Shown: piece by piece, positions 36,761-50,410 of the stretch
Numbering within the stretch: the stretch's first letter is position 1
Layout: every line of letters starts with the position of its first letter
Source: Mobula hypostoma
Lineage: Eukaryota
Length of the DNA: 64,000 nucleotides
Reading direction: 5' to 3'
Assembly (NCBI RefSeq): GCF_963921235.1
Contig: NC_086097.1
Span: 2,170,001-2,234,000 of the forward strand
The notes under the pieces: model-generated
The model's database searches: none
The model's input: the letters and a program-made list of their open reading frames with translations, nothing else
What the model was told of the DNA's origin: nothing
Position numbers and translations under genes: made by a program

Positions 36761-38992
36761 GATAGTGATACTGTGAACTACATTGTGTTGGGAATTCTGG
36801 TGCCATCTAGTGGCCTTGCCAAGAAGTACAAGTGCAACATATCAGATGACTTCTGCAAACTTATCCTGTTGCCGGGGGATTATCCTAAAAAATACATTGA
36901 TTGTATAATTTTCTTGATGAAGTCTCACATTTCCACATTAACCATTTGTCAGCAACAACAGCGAAACACTTGTGCAGGTCACAGAGACTGTTGCACAGAC
37001 TTCAGTGCAGACACAGGTGAGGAGGACTGTTAATCTACGATGGTGCATCATTTAATTCTACAGATCCCGCTTGATTTACAAAGAGCAAGAAATATCGACA
37101 GTTTAGTTTGTGGTGCACAGGAAAAATTTGAAGGAGAAGTGCTACAATAGGGAAAAGAGAAAAAAAAACTTTTGATGTGCAGGGATGCAGTGGCTTCTCT
37201 GACCCCCAATAATGGAGTTAGTTTTAAATTCTTAATGTTTCAAAGTTTCTAGTCATGGATTTCAGTACTTATTGTGTTTTCTTTCATTATTATCGTATTC
37301 TTTGTCTTATTGCGGTTATTTTTGTGCTGCATTAGATCCGGAGTGACAATGATTTTGTTCTCCTTTCCTTGTGTACTGGAAATGACCGGAAACAATCTTA
37401 AACTTGAATCACTAACTGCGAAAGGGATGGTACAATGGTGCAGCTTCGGTGACATTGGATACTGTCTGTGTGGAGTTTGCACCAACTTCCTCTCACATGC
37501 CAAAGACGTACAGATGAGAAGGGTAATCGGCCACTGCAAATAAACCCCTAGTGACAGCAGAATCAGGTAGGAGTTGATGGATGTGCGAGAGAGAATAGGT
37601 TGAATGGAAGTAAGGGAAGGATGGGATTGCTTTGTGCGCTGGGAGACAGACGGTGGGCAGAATACCCTCCTAGCAGAATCAGAATCAGGTTCATCATCAC
37701 TGACATACATCATGACATTTATTGTTTTGCGACAGCAGTATTTTACAATAATTATTTTTTTAAACTACCAGTTACAATAACTATATATATAGTTGAACTT
37801 TGCAACTTTTCTCCTTGGAGCGATGGAGGATGAGAGGTGACCTGATAGAGGTGTATAAGATGATGAGAGTCATTGATCGTGTGGATAGTCAGAGACTTTT
37901 TCCCAGGGCTGAATTGGCTGGCACGAGAGGGCACAGTTTTAAGGTGCTTGGAAGTAGGACAGAGGAGATGTCAGGGGTAAGTTGTTGTTGTTTTTCTGAC
38001 ACAGAAAGTGTTGAGTACGTGGAATGGGTTTCTGGCGATGGTGATGGAGACAGATACGATAGGGTCTTTTAAGAGACTCCTGGACAGGTACATGGAGCTC
38101 AGAAAAATAGAGGGCTATGGGTAACCCTAGGTAATTTCTAAAGTAAGGACCTATTCGGCAAAGCTTTGTGGGCCGAAGGGCCTGTATTGTGCTGTAAGTT
38201 TTCTGTTTCTATGTAAGTAAATTAAATAAATAGTACAAAAAGAGAATTAAAAAAAAACAATAGTGAGGTAGTGCTCATGGATTCATTGTCCATCCTGAAG
38301 TCTGTGGCAGAGGGGAAGAAGCAGTTCCTGAAACATTGAGAATGTGCCTCCAGGCTCCTATACCCTCCTCCGTAATGGTAGCTTGAGAAGAGGGCATATT
38401 CTGGGTAGCGGGGGTTCCTAATGACAGAGGCCACCTTTCGAAGGTGTCCTCGATGCTGAGGAGCCCATGTCCATGCTGAGGTTGCAACACACTGCGTCTT
38501 TCACCCATCCAGTGCAGTGGTCCCTCCATACCATGCAGGGATCCAACCAGATCTCCACCGGATCTGAGAAAAATATGAAACGTAAAAAAAACCACAAGGC
38601 CTTGATTTTTAATTTTTGCTTAGTTTGGAGTTTGCTTTTAGTATTTGTCAATAATTAGTTTATTCTAATCCTCACAGGAAGAAATGCAGAAAAAGGGTGC
38701 AGAGTGAAATTGGACATTCAATGTCCCATTAACATTAAAATTTACCACCATCCACAATGTCACCACATGCACATTCATGACAATGGAACCTCAGATATAT
38801 GAAGTAATAAATAATCTGGCAGAGGAACTCAGGTAGCCGAGTGGAATCTGGGAGGTGGGAATGCATGTTGTTCCAGATTCCAGCATCTTGTATCTCCACA
38901 GATACGAGGTTGATCAGTAAAAATATTTCAAAAGCCAAGTGCATCTTTCTTACAGCAGATTCTTAATGGTTGCAAATTCTACATGTCTGACA

Positions 38993-39122
38993 CAAAATAC
39001 TCTGCAGATGCTGGGGTCAAAGCAACACGCACAACACGCTGGAGGAACTCAGCAGGTCGGGAAGCATCCATGGAAACGATCAGTCACGGATGCTGCCCGA
39101 CTTGCTGAGTTCCTCCAGCGTG
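38993..39122. mobile_element. Palindromic Penelope-derived insertion
   Basis: Inverted arms; 16-bp TSD TTCTACATGT(C/T)TGACA with one mismatch (38977-38992, 39123-39138). Confidence 0.85.
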
Positions 39123-40644
39123 TTCTACATGTTTGACAGCATTTACTGCTATGGTATTTTATTGAGGTGCTTACTTTCATTACATAAACACAGGAGATTC
39201 TGCAGATGTTGGATGACTTGAGCAACATGCACACACAAAGTGCTGGAAGAACTGAGCACGTCAGGCAGCATCTACGGAGGGGAATAAACAGACGATAAAA
39301 TCTGAAATTTTCACCAGGAATTAAATGGAAGCCGCCAGAATAAGAAGATGGGGAGAAGGGAAGGAGGGCAAGCTGGCAGGTGATAGTTGAAGCCAGGTGA
39401 GGGGGAAGATAGGTGAATCGGGGAGGGGAGATGAATGTAGAAGCTTGGAGGAGATAGATGGAAGAGGAAAAAGGTTGAAGACAGAATCTTCTTCAGCCCT
39501 TCACCTCTTCCAACACAAAATCAACACAAAGAGTTTTGCATTTATTGATTTAAGTCCAGAAGATATGAAAAGCCACAGTTTAAGCACACTGCCTTGTACA
39601 GCTTCTTTAAATCAAAGGACAGGAGTTACCAAGGCTAAAACAAAGGCCAAACAGCACTGTTCTAGAGAAAAGTAGCCTTAAAAACTTTCTGTTAAATGTT
39701 TAGAAACATAGCCAGTTCAAATCCAGTACCAACAATGTTTATTCAAACAGCCAGAACTATTACAAAGCCTTTGCCTAACTGTTGCTTTTATTGCAGATTG
39801 GTATCTTTGGAGAGGATGTTAACACTGAAGAATGTGGATTAAAAAGATTGCAAGAAAAAAGCAGGTCAATAACCAAGATAGAGACAGCTCTGAGGCAATG
39901 ATTAAAATGGTAAGAGTAATAGATCTCACAAACAGAACACAGTGTAATACGAGTTATTAGATCAACACACAGCATGACTGGGAAAGGAGCTGATGACTAT
40001 ATGAACTCTCTGTTACATTGTTTAGAAACATAGCCAATCCAAACCTGATGCCACCTCGTACACAGAACTCACACCAGTCCTCATCGAGGAGTCGGGGTGG
40101 AAAAAGTGAGCAGCTTTAAGACCATGGTTGTTAACCTCTTAGTAGATTTATCCTGAGCACAAGACATTTATGCAATCACAAAGGTAGTATGCCAACTCTC
40201 TACTTCATTAGGAGTTTGTAGAGATTTGGTACATCACCAAAAACTCTTGTAAATTCCACAGACGTACCATGGAGAGCATTCTGACTAGTTACATCACGGG
40301 CAGGTAAGGAATCTCCACACTCTGACTGGTTACATCATGGGCAGGTAAGCAGTCTCCAGTGCTCAGGATCACAAGGAGGGCTGTCGACTCCGCCGGTTCC
40401 ATCATGGGCACAACCCTCCCTCCCTCCCTGCCATCGAGGCCATCTTCAAGAAGCAATGCCTCTAGAAGGTGGCCTACACTATTAAAGACAGTCACCAACT
40501 GGGACACATCATCTCCGCATTACTACCAGCAGCAGCCTGAAGACCCACACTCAGTTTCCTCCCCTTTGTCATCTGATTTCTTAATGGTCCATGAAGTATT
40601 TATTTTCTAACTCAGAGTAACTTTTATGCCTTGCATTGTACTGC

Positions 40645-42821
40645 AGACTGTAATAGTGACCATAACCCAGTAGTATGTCATGTAAAAGTAAAACTTAAAA
40701 AACTAAAGAAACAAAAACCTGAACAATCCCTTGACTACTTGCAATTAATTAAAGAAGAAAACTTACGACAAACATTTACAATTGAAATAAGGAATAGATT
40801 TCAAAGTCTAGAAATAGAATCTGTGAAGATGATAGCAAGCATGTAGAAATGAAATTTAACTCTCTAAAGGAAGCCTTGGTAGAATCAGCAAAGTCAGTAA
40901 TTCCTAAAAAAGAAAAAGCACAAAGAATAAATGGATGACAGATGAAATCAAAAATCTAACGGAAGAAAGGAGACGGAAGAAAGCAAATGCTATAGAATGT
41001 AAGTCCTTAGATAAAAAAGTTAGAAGCTTATGTCAAAAAGCCAAAGAAGAATGGTTAAACCAGGAATGTGAGCAAACAGAAAGAATCCCTATTACTGATC
41101 CAAAAAGGTTACATCAACAAATCAAGAATATCGCTGGTAAAAAGCTCCTCTGTTCTTCAGGTGGATGTTTGAAAGCAGAGGACGGTACCATTATCATGAA
41201 AAAAGATGAGATTATGAATAGATGGACTGAGTATATTCAGGAATTGTTTGAAGATGATCGAGGCAAAAAAACAGAAATTAAGAAAAACATTGAAGGTCCA
41301 AGTATTTTAAAATCTGAAGTTCGTAATGCAATAAATAAGATAAGGAAAGGAAAGGCAGCAGGTCCTGATGAATTAGTAATAGAACAAATTATCACCCTTG
41401 AAGATTATGGAATTGAAAAACTTACTGATTTAATCAATGACATTTATGAGACTGGAATAATACCAGAAGAGATGAAAAAATCAGTATTTATCACTCTTCC
41501 TAAGAAACCTGGAGCAACAGAATGTGAATTACATAGGACCATAAGTTTAATGAGACATATCACCAAGATACTTCTAAGAATTTTGATGACAAGAGCTAAA
41601 AGTAAGATACAAGCTGAAATAGGCAAAGAACAATGTGGTTTTGTGAAAGAGAAAGGTACAAGAAACGCGATATTGATGTTAAGGATACTATCAGAACGAG
41701 CTATTCAAGTGCAAAAAAGATTTGTTTGTTTTATCGACTACACAGAAGTATTTGTTAAAGTGAAGCACAATAAGTTATTTGAAATATTACAGAAAACTCT
41801 AGATCTAGATTCAAAAGACCTCCACCTAATCAGAAATCTGTACTGGGAACAAACTGCCGCTGTAAGAATAGATAGAGAAGTGAGTCAGTTTACAAAAATC
41901 AAGAGAGGCGTTAGACAAGGGTGTGTTTCCTCCCCTGATTTGTTTAATGTGCACAATGAAACAATATTACAAAAAATAAGAGACATCTTGGGAATCAAAG
42001 TTGGCGGTGAAAACATCAATAATTTCAGATATGCAGATGATACTGTGTTAATTGCAAGTACGGAGGAAGAACTACAAAACTTAATTGATATAATTGTTGA
42101 TGCAAGTGCAAAAATGGGTCTATCAACTGCAAAAAGACAGAATGTATGATACAGAATGTATGATGATATCCAAAAAGAAGGAGAATCCTATCTGCAGGCT
42201 GAGAATAAACGGGGAAGACATAAAACAAGTAAAGAAGTTTTGCTACTTAGGAAGCTGGGTGACATCAGATAGCAAGTGTGACATGGACATCAAGAGAAGA
42301 ATAGAGATGGCAAAAGACGAGAATGAAGAGTATACTGACCAATACTAAATTAGGCATGACAACCCGCCTCAGAGTACTGAAACGTTACGTTTATCCAGTT
42401 ATGTTATATGGCTCAGAATGTAGGGCAATATCTAGTAAAATGAGGAAACGAATTGTAGCAGCAGAGATGTGGTTTTGAGGAGGATGCAAAGAATATCATG
42501 GATGAAACAAATATCTAACGAGGATGTCATGAACAGAGTAAACACAGAAAGAGAAATAATGTATGAGACCATGAAAAGGCAACGTAACTTCATTGGACAT
42601 GAAGTTAGAAGGAGGAGTTAGAAAGAGGAGTTAGAATGCACAGTAATTATGGGAAAGATTGAAGGGAAGAAAGCAAGAGGAAGACAAAGACAAATGATGA
42701 TGGAGACAGCAGCCAGAGAACTGGAAATGAATTCCAATGAATTGATCCACTTGACCCGAAACAGGAGTGTGTGGTCCATGGCAGTCAAAGCTCAAACTGG
42801 GCACGGCACCTGATGATGATG
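40645..42821 (+). mobile_element. 5'-truncated RTE-clade LINE (end of endonuclease, reverse transcriptase, (TGA)n tail)
   Basis: 404-aa ORF 40935-42149 with KAAGPD, RTISL, EQCGF, GVRQG and FRYADD; SDHNPV endonuclease motif upstream. Tail TGATGATGATGA. ATTGTACTGC duplicated at 40635-40644 and 42822-42831. A few frameshifts. Confidence 0.93.
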
Positions 42822-44599
42822 ATTGTACTGCTGCCGCAAAACAACAAATTTCACTGCACACCTGTGATAATAAATAATTCTGATTTCTGTTAATGCAAGA
42901 TAATGGAACATTTCTTTGATTGATGTTTGTGAGTAAGTGTTTCTGATTAACAGAATTCCATGCATTGGCCTTGAACCAACCAACACGTCTCCTGTATGAC
43001 TTCTCATAAAGTATCCCTGCACGTACCCTAGAATACACAGGAGTGTCAACTGAGAGCTCACAGAAAGGTACGAACAGCAGCAAAAACTGTCTTCTAAAGC
43101 ACCGGGTGCTGACAGAAAACCTGACACAATCATTTTTGCCAGCTGATTGCAAGCACGTCCTTACCAGAAAGACATTGTACATAACAGCTGGATAGCTGGA
43201 CGCACAGGGCGCTTGGCACATAGCACCTGGACAGATGACTGTAGTACACTCTCTTGCAAGAGAGCAGCTAAGGAAAAAAGCTATTCCTTCAACTGCTGGC
43301 AAACTTTCTAATTGTGCACTGGAAATTTACTTCCTGTTGTGTACCATATGACCCATGTCAGTCTTTGACTTCGGTTCACGCTGGACAAGGAGAGTGGTAA
43401 ACAATAATTCTGACCAAGTCTACGATGTCTGGGGAAGCCAATCCATCACAGGAGTTCACGGCTGAAGAATGTATGTCCACTGACATCTGAGCTAAAGCCT
43501 GGGATGTCACAACAATGGGCTCAGTCCAGGAGTTGATATTATTGGTAGTAGCGTCACCTCAGTAAAATCTGGTCCAAGAGGCTCCATTCTGCAGGAGAGT
43601 CCACCGTGAAACTGCTCTCGACCCCCGGTGCCTGCCATCTCTCAAAGCACAAGGTGCCTTTTTAAATTATTTGTTATTCACTTGGAGACATAGCACGTTT
43701 TCGGGCACGTGGCGCTCATCAGCCAGCCTAGAAGGAAAACTCTGATTTTAAACCTCCGCTGCCTTGCGGCCATACCCACTTCGGGAGTAAACCCCGAGGA
43801 AGAAATCCGGAGCCAGGGTCCCGAAGGCAGTTTGATGTTGTTTATAACTTCACTCTGGCACTCTGCGACAACACTGGTGCCGAGCTATATCCGCACTTGC
43901 CCTTCCCTTGGACTACATCAGTGACGCGGAGACAGGGAGTCCACTCCATGGGCAACAGCCGGTCCTTCAAATCTTCCCGCCCAGGCCTGCACCCTGGAGA
44001 GGACACAGTCCAGCAGAGGCGCAAACCCGTGATCCCCTGGGGTCGACGGCTGCCGACTACTACAGCACATTATCAGGCCCTTCCAGCCCAATGAGCTCGC
44101 ACCGCCCAACTGCACCCATGGGACCATTAACCTGCTAATTGTACGTCTTTGGGCTGTGGGAGGGACCTGCAGAACACGGAGGAAACCTACGCAGTCGCGG
44201 GGAGAACGTACAGACTCCTTACAGACAGCGGTGAGAACAGAACCCGGTCTCCTGGTGCTGTGATAGCGTTACTTTACCCACGGTGTTACCGCGTCACCCC
44301 GAAGAGTTCCATCGCTATTGTTTTATTCATCTTGCTTTACACCTAACTGTAAATGAATCATCTCCACACAACAATAGACATCCCAAGGCAACAGGGGCCA
44401 AAACAGAGATCATTAGTCCTAATACTGGAACCTAAACCTATTGTTAGTTTTGATACCATCAGCAAAGCATCTTAACACAGCATGAAGATCCAATATTATG
44501 TCTAGTATTTAATGTGTATAGTTCATCAGTGACTACAATTCCCACCAAGTGTTAGCATTTTAAACAGTGACAACTAGCTCTAGATTATTTCACAAAGGC

Positions 44600-44890
44600 A
44601 GGATGATAGTGCAGTGGTTAGCACAATGTTTTACAGTACCAGTGACCATTGGGTTCGATTCCCATCATCACCTGTTAGGAGTTACTACTTTCTCCCTGTG
44701 ACCGTGTGGGTTTCCTCCAGGTGCTCCAGTTTCCTCCCACAGTCCAAAGACTTACTGGTTAGTAGGTTAATTGGTCGTTGTAAATTGTCCGATATTAGGC
44801 TAGGGCTGAATTGAGGTTGCTGGCGGGCGCGGCTCAAAGGGGCGAGAGGGTCTATTCTGTGCTGTATCCCAATAAGTAAGTATATAAACA
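44600..44890 (+). mobile_element. tRNA-derived SINE, HE1/V-SINE-like (others at about 4460-4730 +, 8866-9163 -, 32258-32555 -, 44080-44300 -, 46130-46315 -)
   Basis: Box A/B-like head (AGTGCAGTGG, GGTTCGATTCC) and V-domain-like core GTGGGTTTCCTCCAGGTGCTCCAGTTTCCTCCCACAGTCCAAAGAC. Confidence 0.8.
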
Positions 44891-47865
44891 AGGAACTTCC
44901 TCTCCGTCTCCATCCCGTCAAGAACTTCAGGCTTTCAATAAGTCACACTCCAGTGATGACAGAGTGAGCCCATCCCACCTTTTGCCAGCAGTTAACCTAC
45001 TATTCTATGCACTGGTCCAGGAAACCGCCACCAGCTACTCGCAAAGTAAGTGTGAAGGTGGACTTGAAGCATCGAACTGAGAGTCAGCTAGACTCAAGGG
45101 TCCAAAAATCCTCCTCCTGCTTTTGTTCCAAATATACTTATCACATTAATGACACCAATAAAAGAATGTTTCTCAGCAAGTCGGGAAGCACTGATGGAAG
45201 AGAATAAGCAGTTGATGTTTCTCAGAATGAAGGGTCCTGGCTCAAAACAGCAACTGTTTATTCCCCTCCATGGATGCAACTTGAATTTCTGAGTTCTTCC
45301 AGCATTTTGTGTGTTACTCCGGATTTCCAGCATCTGCAAAATCTCCTATGTTTAAGAGTGCCTCTCTGTCCTTTAGTTTATTCAGTGTCAAGCCGAATGT
45401 TGCCTAGGCACAATACTTACTTATTTATGTTGCCTTTTCATCTTTTGGACTGTGCATTCTGTGCTAACTTTACAAAGAGACCCATATTTGGAACTTCCGC
45501 AGCCAAGTCAGAGAACAGACACTGAGCTGTAACTGGCTCCAAAATGCTTCATCCACCCATCCAGAAGACTTGCAGAATTGGCATGTTTAGTCAGCCTGAA
45601 CAGATCTTCACTGCTGACGAAGGACAGCGTGGACCGGGTGTCTGGGTACTTCAAGCCTGACTGGAGTTGTAAGAACAAGCCACGGATTTCAAGCTGGACA
45701 GCATCCAATTAGCTACAGACGGAGGCTGCATTTTGGCCACGATCTCACTACAGCTACAGAACTAGCAGAATTTTGAGAAGTATCTCTGTAACAGTCCCGA
45801 ATTCTGACGTTCCTGGAGTCCTGCCGAAAAAATTCACAAAGGGCCATGATCTCAGTGACTCTGAGGAACTGGAGTCCCTAAAGGGCAAACAGCTTTGAAG
45901 CAACTCTCAAGTCTAAAAACAGAATGCCAGTGCCATAACAAGATGCACTTATACAGAAATTCTAACCAAGCAAAGAGCAGTTGTCATTGATAGCAAGGGG
46001 CCATGAGTGGAAGAGAAGTAACTTGTTGTTCTAATTATGTCGAGTCCCAGTAAGGCTGTATGTAGAATAACATGCACTGATCTTGACTTCCTAAGCCAAA
46101 GAAGGGCACATGTATATTTGTGGGATCACAATGACCAATTAACCTACTAACAGGTATGTCTGTGGACTGTGCTGGGAAAACTGAACACTCAGAGGGACCC
46201 CACAAGCTCACAGGGAGAATGTACGAACTCCTTGAAGACCGCAGAACTGTACTCTGAACTCCTACGCCCCAAGCTGTAACAGTGTCGTGCGAACCACCAT
46301 GCTACCGTGGCGCCCTCAATTAGGGCATTCAAAAGGGTAGAGATGGAGCTGCCATTTTTCCTGCCATTGGTGCCTAACATCAAGGGTCAGAGGTTCAAAA
46401 TAAAGAGTGAGTCATTCAAAAAGAAGGAAACAAAATTTCTTCTTCTCGAACATAGGAATTCTCGACTCAAGAGGACTGAGAAGATTCAGTCAACCATCTA
46501 TATCCAAGATGGAGGTCCTGAAGAAGAGTCTCGGCCTGAAACATCGACTGTTTATTCATCTCAGTAGATGCTGCCTGACCTGCTGAGTTTCTCCAGCATT
46601 TTGTTTGTGTTGCTTGGGATTTCCAGCATCTGCAGAATCTCATGTCCAGGATAGAGATTATTGTACATTGAGGGAGTTAAAGCTCAGTGCAGGAAAGTAG
46701 CACCAGTGTAGGTCAGCTAAATCTTGCTGAGCATGAACAAGGGCAGCAAGGCTGTCAGCTGTCTCGCATTCACTGTTCAGAAGCTGCAGGTGTCATTAGC
46801 TCTGTGAATGTTTCTGTTACTTGGGTTAATAAAGGGAGCAGTAGCAATTTGTGGACAGTTCTGTTGGGAGACAATGCGCCTGATGACTTAGTCCAGTGAT
46901 GGAGAAATATTCAGTACTCCCTAAGTTGCAAGGGTTGATGGGTAACCATCAAATAAGGCACATGCTGAGGACAATATTGTGAATCAGACTACATCAGACC
47001 TGCCACATGCTGCAAATCTCTCCCAATTTTCACTTCCACTGCCTTCAGTGAAGAGACCTCCAGTTGGCTCATTCGACAGTGGAAGAGTTACCTCACTAGT
47101 GACGTGAGGAACGTGAGGTTTGCTTGCGACTGTCAATGGTTAAATGCAAATTTCTAACAGTCTATTCCTCTATGAATCAACACTCTCTTCACTTGTCTCT
47201 GCAATTATCCATCCCGTGACTAATGCTGAAAGATAATTCACCAGTTTAAAGTTGTCGGAGACGCTGACATGAGACATGAATACCTGCCTCTCAAGTGAGG
47301 GCACTGCAGCTCGGCAGTTTGACACTGGGAATAGTGGATCAAAGGAAACATTGTTAACCCAGACATGAGATGATTTACTGTCTAGATACCTATGCAAGAT
47401 TATTATGCAGAGAATTATGGCTTTAATTTAAATGGACAATGAAAAGGTTTCAATATCTCATGGTCCATGTTGGATTCACTAGAGGGTAAAATTGTCACTT
47501 TCCTTGAACTTTAGCTTTCCTATGCTAGCTAGTATTCGTATATAATCAGAAGAATGAGGGGTGACCTCATTGAAAAGCATTGAATAGTGAAAGGCCTTGG
47601 TAGAGTGGATGTGGAGAGGATCTTTTCTATGGTGGGAGAGTCTGAGGACACAGCCTCAGAATAGAGGGGCTTCCCTTTATAACAGAGATGAAGAGGAATT
47701 CCTTCATCCAGAGAGTGGTGAATCTGTGGAATTCATTGTCACAGGCAGCTGTGGAGACCAAGTCTTTATGTATATTTAAGGCAGAAGTTGATAAGATTTT
47801 TAATTGTTCAGGGATACAGGGAGAAGGCAGAAGAATGGGGCTGAAAGGAAAATTGGATCAGCCAT

Positions 47866-49140
47866 GATGGCTCTTCACACAGCCTGAGACCACCTGGACA
47901 ATACAAACACCTACGTCAGGATGCTGATCATAGACTAGAGCTCAGCATTTAACACCATCATTCCCACAATCCTGATTGAGAAGCTGCAGAACCTGGGCCT
48001 CTGTACCTCCCTCTGCAGAACCTGGGCCTCTGTACCTCCCTCTGCAGAACCTGGGCCTCTGTACCTCCCTCTGCAGTCAGATCCTCGACTTCCTAACTGG
48101 AAGACCACAGTCTGTGTGGATTGGTGATAACATCTCCTCCTCGCTCACAATCAACACTGGTGCACCTCAGGGGTGTGTGCTTAGCCCACTGCTCTACTCT
48201 CTATATCCCCATGACTGTGTGGCTAGGCATAACTCAAATACCATCTATAAACTTGCTGATGATACAACCATTGTTGGTAGAATCTCAGGTGGTGACAAGA
48301 GGGCTACAGGAGTGAGATATGCCAACTAGTGGAGTGGTGCTGCAGCAACAACCTGGCACTCAACGTCAGTAAGACAAAAGAGCTGATTGTGGACTTCAGG
48401 AAGGGTAAGATGAAGGAACACATACCAATCCTCATAGAGGGATCAGAAGTGGAGAGAGTGAGCAGTTTCAAGTTCCTGGGTGTCAAGATCTCTGACGATC
48501 TAACCTGTTCCCAACATATCGATGTAGTTATAAAGAAAGCAAGACAGTGACTATTATTTCATTAGGAGTTTGAAGAGATTTGGTATGTCAACAAATACAC
48601 TCAAAAACTTCTATAGATGTACTGTGGAGAGCCTACTGACAGGTTGCATCACTGACTGGTACGGAGGGGATCCTGCACAGGACCGAAAGAAGCTGCAGAA
48701 GGTTGTAAATCTAGTCAGCTCCATCTTGGGTACTAGCCCACAAAGTACCCAGGCCATCTTCAGGGAGCGGTGTCTCAGAAAGGCATATCCATTATTAAGG
48801 ACCTCCAGCACCCAGGGCATGCCCTTTTCTCACTGTTATCATCAGGTAGGAGATACAGAAGCCTGAAGGCACACACTCAGCGATTCAGAAACAACTTCTT
48901 CCCCTCTGCCATCTGATTCCAAAATGGACATTGAACCCATGAACACTACCTCACTTTTTAAAATATATATTACTTCTGTTTTTGCACTATTTTAAGCTAT
49001 TCAATATACGTATACTGTAACTGGTTTACTTATTTATTTGTTTTTACTTTTTTTTCTTCTATATTATGCATTGCATTGAACTGCTGCTGCTAAGTTAACA
49101 AATTTTGTGATACATGCTGGTGATAATAAACCTGATTCTA
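47866..49140 (+). mobile_element. Rex1/Babar-like LINE fragment inserted into a CR1 3' end (47548-47865 / 49141-49200)
   Basis: [24 protein letters not shown] and LNVSKTKELIVDFRK motifs. The CR1 tail GGATCAGCCATGAT|AAATGGTGGAGCAGAC is split around it. Confidence 0.85.
47984..48076 (+). repeat. 29-bp tandem triplication inside a LINE
   Basis: CTGCAGAACCTGGGCCTCTGTACCTCCCT x3 plus CTGCAG. Confidence 0.95.
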
Positions 49141-49365
49141 AAATGGTGGAGCAGACTTGATGGGCAATATGGCCTAATTCTGCTCCTATATCTTATGACC
49201 TTACAATCACCGATATACATATAATTGCTAGGAGATTTTTTCCAGTAATTGTAGTATTTTTCTAGAAGTTTCTTAGGTTTTTTTTGTAGCCGGTGTCATG
49301 CCTTGAGTCTGGCTACTTTAAAGGTTGATTGTTATCACCGATGTCTCGTTATTATTTTAGTATTA

Positions 49366-50410
49366 TTATCTCACTCCATCCTCCTGCCACCCCACTAGGA
49401 ATAGGGTTCCCCTGGTCCTCACCTACCACCCCACCAGCCTCCGGGTCCAACATATTATTCTCCGTAATTTCCGCCACCTCCAATGGGATCCCACCACTAA
49501 GCACATCTTTCCCTCATCCCCCTCTGCTTTCCGCAGGGATCACTCCCTACGTGACTCCCTTGTCCATTCGTACCCCCCATCCCTCCCCACTGATCTCCCT
49601 CCTGGCACTTATCCGTGTAAGCGGAACAAGTGCTACACATACCCTTACACTTCCTCCCTTACCACCATTCAGGGCCCCAGACAGTCCTTCCAGGTGAGGC
49701 GACACTTCACCTGTGAGTTGGCTGGGGTGATATACTGTGTCTGGTGCTCCCGATGTGGCCTTCTATATATTGGCGAGACCCGACGCAGACTGGGAGACCG
49801 CTTTGCTGAACATCTACGCTCTGTCCGCCACAGAAAGCAGGATCTCCCAGTGGCCACACATTTTAATTCCACATCCCATTCTGACATGTCTATCCACAGC
49901 CTCCTCTACTGTAAAGATGAAGCCACACTCAGGTTGGAGGAACAACACCTTATATTCTGTCTGGGTAGCCTCCAACCTGATGGAATGAACATTGACTTCT
50001 CAAACTTCAGCTAATGCCCCACCTCCCCCTCTTACCCCATCTGTTATTTATTTATATACACACATTCTTTCTCTCTCTCTCTCTCCTTTTTCTCCTTCTG
50101 TCCCTCTCACCATACCCCTTGCCCATCCTCTGGTTTCCCCCCCACTTGTCTTTCTCCCTGGGCCTCCTGTCCCATGATCCTCTTGTATCCCTTTTGCCAA
50201 TCACCTGTCCAGCTCTTGGCTCCATCCCTCCCCCTCCTGTCTTCTCCTATCATTTTGGATCTCCCCCTCTCCCTCCCACTTTCAAATCTCTTACTAACTC
50301 TTCCTTCAGTTAGTCCTGACGAAGGGTCTCGGCCCGAAACGTCGACTGTACCTCTTCCTAGAGATGCTGCCTGGCCTGCTGCGTTCACCAGCAACTTTGA
50401 TGTGTGTTGC
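49366..50410 (+). mobile_element. 5'-truncated Penelope-like retroelement with 17-bp TSD
   Basis: Encodes GVIYCVWCSRCGLLYIGETRRRLGDRFAEH. Flanked by TTATTATTTTAGTATTA at 49349-49365 and 50411-50427. Confidence 0.93.
50312..50347 (+). ncRNA. Minimal type I hammerhead ribozyme motif (Penelope-associated)
   Basis: AGTC-CTGACGA-A-GGG-TCTCGG-CCC-GAAAC-GTC-GACT. Predicted cleavage after C50343. Confidence 0.8.

Noticed and set aside
42631..43302. 223-aa minus-strand ORF
   Set aside because: Spans the antisense RTE tail and a LINE 3' UTR; no recognisable domain.
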